Source of the DNA: a virus
Reading direction: 5' to 3' (one strand)
Length of the DNA stretch: 64,000 bases
Virus record (IMG/VR): IMGVR_UViG_3300009502_000041
Span: 10,271 to 74,270 of that record
The position numbers and the translations under genes are program-made. Below the pieces are notes generated by a model. It did not search any database, had not been told where the DNA came from, and saw only the letters and a program-made list of their open reading frames with translations. Within the stretch, counting starts at the first letter, position 1. Each line of letters starts with the position of its first letter. This document shows positions 49,763 through 57,102 of this stretch, one piece after another.

Positions 49763-51148
49763 ATGAAACCTATTAATTATTGGACATACGAAAATTGTAA
49801 AGTAGAAGCATTGAAATACCACAATAGGGTTGATTTTAGAATAAAATCCAGCGGTGCTTATTATTCGTCCCGTAAAAATGGGTGGCTAGAGGAAATTTGT
49901 TCACACATTATAAACAAGAAAAAAACAAGTAATTATTGGACTTATGATAAGTGTAAAGAAGAGGCATTAAAATATAAAACAACAAATGAGTTTAAACTAA
50001 ATTCCGTGGGGGCATATGGATCATCAAAGAGAAATGGGTGGATGGTGAAAATATGTTTACATATGATCCAAAAGAAAAATTCTAGTTATTGGGAAAATAT
50101 TGAAAATTGTAAAAACGAAGCATCGAAATATAAAAATAGAGGAGAGTTCAAATCAAAATCTAATTTATCATTTAAAATATCTCGTAAAAATGGTTGGTTA
50201 AATATTGTTTCTCCACTTACGAATGTCAATGCTGCCCCAAATAATTATTGGATATACGAAAGGTGTAAAAAGGAGGCATTAAAGTATTCCACGAGAAGTG
50301 AATTTAAAAGGAAATCCATAGGTGCTTATGCTGCTTGTTTGAGAAACAAATGGGATGATGAATTATTTTCACATATGATAAGAATTGGAAATAGATATTT
50401 AAAATGTGTTTATGTTTATGAGTTTTCTGATAATTGTGCGTATGTTGGACTTACATATAATATGGAAAGTAGAACTCATGATAGAAATAAAACTGCAACC
50501 GATTCTGTTACAAAACATATTAAAGAAACGGGGATAAAAAACCCAACATTAAAACTGTTAACTGATTATATTAATGTTGATGAGGCGGTTATTTTAGAAG
50601 AAAAATATGTGAAAGAATATAAAAATAATGGTTGGTGTTTATTAAATAGTGCAAAAACTGGTAGTGTTGGTAGTGTTAGAAAATGGAACAAAGAAAAGTG
50701 TTTGAATGTTGCATTAAGATGTAAAACATATGGTGAATTTAGTAAAAATTTTTCTGGGGCGTACCAATGTGCCTGTACAAACGGTTGGTTGAATGAAATT
50801 TGTTCTCATTTAACAAGAAAAAATAAAAAAGGGGGTTATTGGACAAAAGAATTGTGTAAATTGGAATTCTTGAAATATAAAACACTAAAGGAAATAAGAT
50901 TAAATTCCAAAACGGCATATTCTAAGGCATCTAAGAATGGATGGCTCAGTGAATTAAATTCGCATATGATAAGGTTTGTAAAAAGTAGAGGATATTGGAC
51001 AAAAGAACGTTGTTTAGAAGAGGCACTTAAACATTTTAAAAAAACTGAGTTTCGTAAAAAAAATGGAAGCACATATGTTATTGCATGCAAAAATGGTTGG
51101 CTAAATGATATTTGCTCTCATATGATCAAAAAAGAACCTAAATTATGA
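49763..51148 (+). CDS. GIY-YIG homing endonuclease flanked by seven ~52-aa repeats
   Basis: CVYVYEFSDNCAYVGLT..R..E..LLN GIY-YIG core; YW..E.C..EALKY..EF...GAY...NGW...CSHM x7. Confidence 0.85.
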   Translation: MKPINYWTYENCKVEALKYHNRVDFRIKSSGAYYSSRKNGWLEEICSHIINKKKTSNYWTYDKCKEEALKYKTTNEFKLNSVGAYGSSKRNGWMVKICLHMIQKKNSSYWENIENCKNEASKYKNRGEFKSKSNLSFKISRKNGWLNIVSPLTNVNAAPNNYWIYERCKKEALKYSTRSEFKRKSIGAYAACLRNKWDDELFSHMIRIGNRYLKCVYVYEFSDNCAYVGLTYNMESRTHDRNKTATDSVTKHIKETGIKNPTLKLLTDYINVDEAVILEEKYVKEYKNNGWCLLNSAKTGSVGSVRKWNKEKCLNVALRCKTYGEFSKNFSGAYQCACTNGWLNEICSHLTRKNKKGGYWTKELCKLEFLKYKTLKEIRLNSKTAYSKASKNGWLSELNSHMIRFVKSRGYWTKERCLEEALKHFKKTEFRKKNGSTYVIACKNGWLNDICSHMIKKEPKL

Positions 51149-52197
51149 AAACCCGCACATTATTAATTGATGGATCATATTTATTGAAACGTTCGTTTCA
51201 TGGGGCTAAAGACATTTACAATTCTAAAGGAATACATATTGGTGCAATATATCAATTTTTAACCACCGTAAGAATGTTAATATCAAAACACGCAATAAAC
51301 CGCTGTGTGGTTTTCTGGGACGGTGATCAAGGAGGAAAACAACGTTATTTAATTAGTTCTGATTATAAAAGTAACAGAAAAAATAAGGATTGGCATAATA
51401 GAATCGAGCTTTCTGATTTCGAAATAAAAAAAGAGAAAGAAAAAGAAGAATCGATTTTATATCAACGAATAAAAATTAAAAATTATCTTGAGAACGTTTT
51501 TATAAAACAAATTGAGGTGTTAGAATGTGAGGCAGATGACCTAATTGCCAAGTATTGTATTGAACATAATAATAAGGAAGAGCTATTTTTATTCACAAAT
51601 GACCGTGACTTCGCTCAACTTTTATATTTAAATATGGTCATAATTTTTGGTAACATACCCGAACCTGTTAATAAGACTAATTACATGATGCATTTTAATC
51701 ATCATTATTCAAATGCATTAACATTAAAAATAATTTGTGGAGATGTTGCTGATAATATTAAAGGAATTGAGGGAGTTGGTGAGGATACGCTATTAAAATT
51801 ATTTCCAGAACTAAAATTTAAGCATTTATCTGATAGGGAGATTTGCACCAAAGCAGACGAGATAAATAAAGATAGAATTTTAAATAAAAAGAAACCTTTA
51901 AAATCGTTAGAAAACTTACTTAACAATATTGAGCGTTTAAAGACTAATTTTAAGCTTATTAATTTGCGTGAGCCAATGCTTAACGAGGAAGCAATTGAAG
52001 AGTTAGAGCAGCTAGAAATGCCATTATCTCCTGATAATAGAGGAAGTAAGTATCTTTATAGATTAATGATGGAAGATGAGTTTTTAAAAGTGTATGGTAG
52101 TACATTTGTACAATATGTAGAACCGTTTTATACTGTAATAATGTATGAAAAACAATTACTTACAGAATATAGAAAAAATAATAAAAATAGTTTATAA
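51145..52197 (+). CDS. 5'-3' exonuclease / flap endonuclease (T4 RNase H, PolI N-terminal-like)
   Basis: LLIDG, VFWDG, YKSNR, EADD, TNDRDFAQL, GDVADNIKGIEGVG. Confidence 0.93.
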   Translation: MKTRTLLIDGSYLLKRSFHGAKDIYNSKGIHIGAIYQFLTTVRMLISKHAINRCVVFWDGDQGGKQRYLISSDYKSNRKNKDWHNRIELSDFEIKKEKEKEESILYQRIKIKNYLENVFIKQIEVLECEADDLIAKYCIEHNNKEELFLFTNDRDFAQLLYLNMVIIFGNIPEPVNKTNYMMHFNHHYSNALTLKIICGDVADNIKGIEGVGEDTLLKLFPELKFKHLSDREICTKADEINKDRILNKKKPLKSLENLLNNIERLKTNFKLINLREPMLNEEAIEELEQLEMPLSPDNRGSKYLYRLMMEDEFLKVYGSTFVQYVEPFYTVIMYEKQLLTEYRKNNKNSL

Positions 52198-52202
52198 AAC
52201 TC

Positions 52203-52233
52203 TTTGTTATTTAGAAAGATTCTCATATATTTG
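52203..52233 (+). promoter_or_regulatory. Bacteroidota-type promoter
   Basis: TTTG 52203-52206, 19-nt spacer, TATATTTG 52226-52233. Confidence 0.7.
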
Positions 52234-52264
52234 TGAATATTTAACAATTTAATTATAATTAAAC

Positions 52265-52912
52265 ATGTACGAAAAAGAATATAACAATATGTTCAAGTTC
52301 TCCTTGCATCAGGAAGACGTTTTGTTATGCGAAAAAGTGTTCGATGCTGACCAGTTTAACCCCTTTACCAGATATTCAATTGATATTAGGGAAATTCTTC
52401 CACGTGCAATTACTAAATTGCAAAAAACATTATCAAAGAAAAGTTATTATACACAAGTGGACGAAGACTTTGATTTGTATCAATATCATCAAAAGATGGT
52501 TAATTTATATATACCTGAATATAGAGGTTTTATGAGATATAATCCACAGCAAGTCGTTCAACAAATTGACAATAAAGTTATCAGGGGTGTTGAAAATAAA
52601 ATAGGATTCTATATCAACGATAAGCCTATTGTTGAAAGAACTTTTTATGTTGATGGTTTTAATCCTATTGCTAGATGGTCATTTGATATTGTAGACGCAG
52701 TAAGTGATATCAGTGATGCAATTTACGATCAGATTAAAAAAATTGACATTAAAAATATGTGGGATGATTATGATTTGATTAATGTATATGGATACTCGAT
52801 TTCTCAAATTAGAGAATTCTCACCCGCAAAAAGAGAAGATTTATTAAGAAAAATTAGAGGAAATGTTTCGTATGGTGTACATTCAATGACACTAACCTCA
52901 ACAGGAAACTAA
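52265..52912 (+). CDS. Hypothetical protein in the replication block
   Basis: 215-aa ORF with an internal duplicated F.L....L/I.E..F..D.FNP..R.S.DI motif. Confidence 0.75.
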   Translation: MYEKEYNNMFKFSLHQEDVLLCEKVFDADQFNPFTRYSIDIREILPRAITKLQKTLSKKSYYTQVDEDFDLYQYHQKMVNLYIPEYRGFMRYNPQQVVQQIDNKVIRGVENKIGFYINDKPIVERTFYVDGFNPIARWSFDIVDAVSDISDAIYDQIKKIDIKNMWDDYDLINVYGYSISQIREFSPAKREDLLRKIRGNVSYGVHSMTLTSTGN

Positions 52913-53003
52913 TTGTTTTGTAATACAATTCAACAAATTTTTTATTTTATAAGGTAGTTGCATAATTTGGTTTATGTGACTACCGTTATACACCCAATTC
53001 AAA

Positions 53004-54407
53004 ATGAGCGAAACAACAGAAAATACTCTCTCTTCGTATCTCGGTCCTGAATTTCAAACACATCTCATGTGGCAATTACTGGTTGAGCCAGAGTTTGCAG
53101 AAAAAACAATATCTAGTTTGGCTATCGAATATTTCGATGACCCAAATCTTAAGAGATTATTTATAATTGTGCTTGAGTTTTATAAAGAATTTGGCAGAGT
53201 TCCAAATTTACAGAATCAGAGTATCCATCAAGCAATTAATAAATATAAAACACCCAACAACTATATTGAAGAAGAATCGCTTTTTTCCGTAATTAAACGA
53301 ATTAGTTTATGGAATGAAATGATTATTAACAAACAAATGTTATATAATGGGGATGTTGTCCAAAAAACCACCAACAATTTCATTAAACAACAAGAATATC
53401 GTAAATTAGCTGAATATATTTTGGATAAGACCAAAAATGGTGAAATTAAAAATAAGTTTATTGTCTCGCATATAGAAGATAAGTTTCAGAAGATTACCCA
53501 TATTGGTGAAGAGAATGATGATTGCGAAGAAGTGTTCGAAAATATTGATCGTGCGCTAAGAAAAGAATTCAGACAAACAATCCCAACAGGTGTCGATGTA
53601 ATTGATACATTAACTGGTGGCGGATTAGGTAAGGGTGAAATTGGTTTAATATTAAGTCCTTCGGGAGTGGGAAAATCGACATTGCTAACCAAAATTGCCA
53701 ATACTGCTTATGAAGAAGAAAAAAATGTTGCTCAGGTGATATTTGAAGACACTCAGGATCAAATTAAGCGTAAACACTATGCAATATGGTCAGGAATTCC
53801 GTTAAGTAAAATGGATGATGAAGAAGAAAATATTATTGTAACCAAAAAAGCGTATGAAAAGGCAGAAAGCCTAAAAGGTAAAGGCAGACTTATTATTAAA
53901 AGATTTAGTCAAGAAAATACCAACATTAAAGATGTTCGTAATTGGATGCAATCTCAAGAGAAAAAGTATGGATTTAAATTTGATTTACTTGTTTTAGATT
54001 ATTTGGACTGTTTGGAATCACATAAAAATGCTCCCGATAGAAATGAGAATGAATTGGCAATCATAAAGGGATTTGAAGCGTTGGCATCTGACTTTGATAT
54101 ACCTTGTTGGTCAGCCATCCAAGCAAATCGTTGTTTAGATTTAAACACAATTGTTAACATTAAAAATATGGGAGATGTTAAGATAAAAACAGTGAACATA
54201 GGTGATGAAATATTAACAGCAAAGGGATATAAGAAAATTACAAATGTGTTTCCAATAACCAAACAAAGAACTTATAAAATAAAAACAAAAAGCGGTAAAG
54301 AAATAATTTGTTCTGAAAATCATAAATTCCCTACGGCATGTGGTACTCTAAAATCAATTAAAAGTGGGTTATTGGTTGGCGACAAATTATTTACAAAAAA
54401 CAATTGA
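53004..54407 (+). CDS. dnaB: Replicative helicase (DnaB/gp41), N-terminal part fused to split intein N-fragment
   Basis: IPTG..ID...GG, SPSGVGKS Walker A, LVLDYLD, SAIQANR followed by CLDLNT intein block A; stop at 54407. Confidence 0.92.
   Translation: MSETTENTLSSYLGPEFQTHLMWQLLVEPEFAEKTISSLAIEYFDDPNLKRLFIIVLEFYKEFGRVPNLQNQSIHQAINKYKTPNNYIEEESLFSVIKRISLWNEMIINKQMLYNGDVVQKTTNNFIKQQEYRKLAEYILDKTKNGEIKNKFIVSHIEDKFQKITHIGEENDDCEEVFENIDRALRKEFRQTIPTGVDVIDTLTGGGLGKGEIGLILSPSGVGKSTLLTKIANTAYEEEKNVAQVIFEDTQDQIKRKHYAIWSGIPLSKMDDEEENIIVTKKAYEKAESLKGKGRLIIKRFSQENTNIKDVRNWMQSQEKKYGFKFDLLVLDYLDCLESHKNAPDRNENELAIIKGFEALASDFDIPCWSAIQANRCLDLNTIVNIKNMGDVKIKTVNIGDEILTAKGYKKITNVFPITKQRTYKIKTKSGKEIICSENHKFPTACGTLKSIKSGLLVGDKLFTKNN
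54132..54404 (+). mobile_element. Split intein N-fragment (91 aa)
   Basis: C1 CLDLNT..., block B ICSENHKF, ends L.VGDKL. Confidence 0.9.
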
Positions 54408-54546
54408 AAATGATGGAATTAAAGATGATATATTATTTGCAAATGGATTTAATTTATTGAGAATTCCTGAAAGAGAATATAAAAATGGTAAAGAAGAAAC
54501 TGTTTTAAAATGTTTAAAATTTATTAATGAAGCGTATTATGGATGA
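54399..54546 (+). pseudogene. C-terminal remnant of a Vsr/DUF559-like endonuclease between the intein halves
   Basis: ENDGIKDDILFANGFNLLRIPEREYK...LKCLKFI in a third reading frame. Confidence 0.7.
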
Positions 54547-54664
54547 AATTAGTTTAATTGAAGACGAAATAGAATCTATTGAATATTTTGGTGAGGTAGA
54601 TACTATAGATATTACAGTCAAAGACACTCACATGTTTTTTGGTAATAATATTTATACACATAAT
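54527..54664 (+). mobile_element. Split intein C-fragment (46 aa)
   Basis: Block F (TIDITV..HMFF) and block G (YTHN) with +1 Ser. Confidence 0.9.
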
Positions 54665-55459
54665 TCTGGGTTTGATACCGAATTTATTGAAGCTCATCAC
54701 ACTGGGGGTAATATTAAAAGAGTTCAAAAGGCACACTTTTTCATGTCAGTAGGAAAAACTCCTGATCAGAAAGAAGCTGGACTTGCTAATATTAGAATTA
54801 TTAAAGCTAGATTTGCAAAAGATGGGCAAACATTTACGGATTGCATTTTTGATAATGATAAAATGGAAATTGTTATTCGAGATGATGATAATAAGTATAC
54901 TAAATTATCCAAAGGATTAAAACATCATGACGAAAAAGATATTGCCAAACTAGAAAGTAAAGCAAATAAATTAAATGAAATGTCTTCAGACATTCGAATG
55001 CATGAAGCTATAAGCAGAGCAAATTCAGATTCGATATTGGGTAACTTGTTAACATCATATACCAAAGAATTTGGAGAAGAAAATAAGTTTGTTAATATCT
55101 TACAAGTAGATGAAGAATTTTTTATTGATTCGATAAAGACTGATAATGCCGAAGAAGAAATAAACAAACTTCTTCAAAACCCATTAAACAAATCTTTTGA
55201 GTTGGAAATTGAATCTGAAGAGATTCAGCAAGAAAAAGTTATATTTGATGAATTTGTCGAAAAAATTGGTGAATTATCTAACAATACTCAATTTGTACCA
55301 TTTAAAGCCGTTCTCCCTCGTTACAGTAGCGAAATTCTTAGCATCAATGAAGTTGAAAACAATTTGATCGACCCCGATGAAACGCCTAGCGAACATATAG
55401 GTATTCATGAAATGTTAAAAAAAGCACGTAGTAATCAGGGGATAATAAAAAAAGAATGA
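54527..55459 (+). CDS. dnaB: Split intein C-fragment fused to the helicase C-terminal part
   Basis: MKRIMDEI...DITVKDTHMFFGNNIYTHN/S, then helicase motifs (KRVQKAHF, IIKARF) and an acidic tail. Confidence 0.9.
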   Translation: MKRIMDEISLIEDEIESIEYFGEVDTIDITVKDTHMFFGNNIYTHNSGFDTEFIEAHHTGGNIKRVQKAHFFMSVGKTPDQKEAGLANIRIIKARFAKDGQTFTDCIFDNDKMEIVIRDDDNKYTKLSKGLKHHDEKDIAKLESKANKLNEMSSDIRMHEAISRANSDSILGNLLTSYTKEFGEENKFVNILQVDEEFFIDSIKTDNAEEEINKLLQNPLNKSFELEIESEEIQQEKVIFDEFVEKIGELSNNTQFVPFKAVLPRYSSEILSINEVENNLIDPDETPSEHIGIHEMLKKARSNQGIIKKE

Positions 55460-55519
55460 TTTTTATAAAATAATGTGACATTTATAAAGTTAATGTGTAT
55501 TTATGGTTTAAAGATATAT

Positions 55520-55610
55520 TGCGTTGTGGAGAAGTTGGTCATCTCGCCTGTCTCATAAGCACGGAGTTCCCTAACTAGGATTTACGGCTGTTCGAATCAG
55601 CCCAACGCTA
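55520..55610 (+). tRNA. trnM: tRNA-Met(CAT), initiator-like, with a long variable arm
   Basis: Acceptor GCGTTG/CAACGC with 1:72 mismatch, D arm GAG/CTC, CTCATAA loop (anticodon 55554-55556), T arm GGCTG-TTCGAAT-CAGCC; CCA not encoded. Confidence 0.85.
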
Positions 55611-55612
55611 CA

Positions 55613-55801
55613 AAATTAACTACGAAAAAGGAGTAGATGGTGAAGCTGGGAGAGCAGTGACTCAACGGTGTCACACTAAGGATAGGTAGAAATACCCAAC
55701 TCTCTAATGGTGTGTGAAGCCCATATACATTGCCCGAAAGGATAAACAATGGTGTATCTGGCAAGCCAGATACCTAATAAAAGCCATCAAGTAGTTAATT
55801 T
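55613..55801 (+). ncRNA. Unidentified multi-branched structured RNA (~190 nt)
   Basis: 11-bp closing helix AAATTAACTAC/GTAGTTAATTT enclosing at least six helices, two with GAAA tetraloops; no ORF. Confidence 0.7.
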
Positions 55802-55822
55802 GTTTTTATTGAAACTAAAATT

Positions 55823-55857
55823 AAAACCTCAAAGGATAATTTTCCTATGAGGTTTTT
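55823..55857 (+). terminator. Intrinsic terminator of the tRNA-ncRNA transcript
   Basis: AAAACCTCA-AAGGA...TCCT-ATGAGGTTTTT. Confidence 0.75.
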
Positions 55858-55934
55858 ATGTTTATTAATAAATTTAATGGGTTTGTTCTGTATTTATAGT
55901 AAATAATATAACAAGCAATTAAATATAAAATAAT

Positions 55935-57089
55935 ATGGGCAATTTTTTTGCACAGCCAAATTTAGATAATCTTCAATTTAAACAATTGACTAGTAGTGAA
56001 TTAAAGTTATGTGGTCAAACCAAAATAGCTACAACAAGCGGATTAACTTTAAGTAATGGTGTTGGTGGTTATGTACCAATTATTGCAACTGGTGGGACTA
56101 ATAATAAGGTATTAACGTATCTTAATGGTAATATTGTACTTCGACCTACAACTGGTGGTGGTAACATGGTTTATACTGGTGCATCACCTACAACATGTAC
56201 TGTTGGTGGGTTACCTGCTGGTTGTGCAATATATAATCAATCAATATCGACAATTCTTGAACAAATTTTAGTACCAACAATTAATCCAGTTGTGACAGGA
56301 CCTGTCAACAGTTCATTTACGCTTTCTCCGCCAACAACAATATATGAAGTAGGTACATGTGTGACAAATATTTGTGCAACATCTTGTTTTAGTAGGGGTA
56401 GTGTAGCTCCACAATATAATGGTGGTTCTCCATATAGAAGTGGTTTGCCGAATACGTATAATTATATTCAATTGGGGGGTATTTGTGCAGCGACAAATTC
56501 AACTGCGTTATGTAATTGTTATTTATTTACACCATCTAAGATTCAAGTTGGTAATAATGTTGTTTCTACATCCATAACGTATTCTTCTGGTAGTACACCA
56601 GTGTATAATAGTGCTTGCAGTGTTTGGCTTACCGCACTACCCTCTGGAACAACAAGCCCTTCATTATCTTACACTATTTGTGGTCTATATCCTTATTATT
56701 GGGGAAACATAGCCAGTGGAGGGTCTCCTGCAGGTGGTAATAGACCATTAATAAATAAATATTTGGTAACTGGCGGAACTAAGGTGGTAGATTTTAGTTC
56801 TGATTTATTATTAATTAATTTTAATAGCACTTCTGATGATTACATTTGGTTTGCAATCCCTAGTGAGTCTGCAAGTAAAACAAAATGGTATGTAGATGCG
56901 TTAAATAATGGTATTATTGGTGGTGGTGTAAATGTTGGGGGTAATTTGTTTCCTGATTTTGTTGTTGTAAATGATGTTGCGTCTACAACATGGTCAAGCG
57001 TTATTGGTGGTTCACCTCATTCGTATAAAGTATACGTTAGTAATTATCAAACAGCATTGAATACAATAATTGAATTTAAAAATATTTAA
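55935..57089 (+). CDS. Virion structural protein (fibre-associated, Cys/Thr/Gly-rich)
   Basis: Late motif at 55890; TVGGLPAG, LEQILVP, YPYYWG, YIWFAIP, YKVY motifs seen in phage fibre/Ig-like proteins. Confidence 0.7.
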   Translation: MGNFFAQPNLDNLQFKQLTSSELKLCGQTKIATTSGLTLSNGVGGYVPIIATGGTNNKVLTYLNGNIVLRPTTGGGNMVYTGASPTTCTVGGLPAGCAIYNQSISTILEQILVPTINPVVTGPVNSSFTLSPPTTIYEVGTCVTNICATSCFSRGSVAPQYNGGSPYRSGLPNTYNYIQLGGICAATNSTALCNCYLFTPSKIQVGNNVVSTSITYSSGSTPVYNSACSVWLTALPSGTTSPSLSYTICGLYPYYWGNIASGGSPAGGNRPLINKYLVTGGTKVVDFSSDLLLINFNSTSDDYIWFAIPSESASKTKWYVDALNNGIIGGGVNVGGNLFPDFVVVNDVASTTWSSVIGGSPHSYKVYVSNYQTALNTIIEFKNI

Positions 57090-57102
57090 AAAATAAATAG
57101 AA

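Noticed and set aside
52953-52984. Hairpin GGTAGTTGCATAA/TTATGTGACTACC upstream of the helicase
   Set aside because: The hairpin is real but has no U tract and no further structure; I cannot distinguish a weak terminator from a processing site, so it is not called
54405-54527. Readthrough or a single frameshift joining IntN and IntC in cis
   Set aside because: A second TGA follows two codons later, and the three segments lie in three different frames
55645-55710. Resemblance of part of the ncRNA to a glycine riboswitch aptamer (GGAGAGC...CACTAAGGA...AACTCTC)
   Set aside because: It lacks the CCGAAG/CUCUCAGG core pairing, GGAGAG pairs better with CTCTCT, and the element is followed by its own terminator rather than a glycine-related gene
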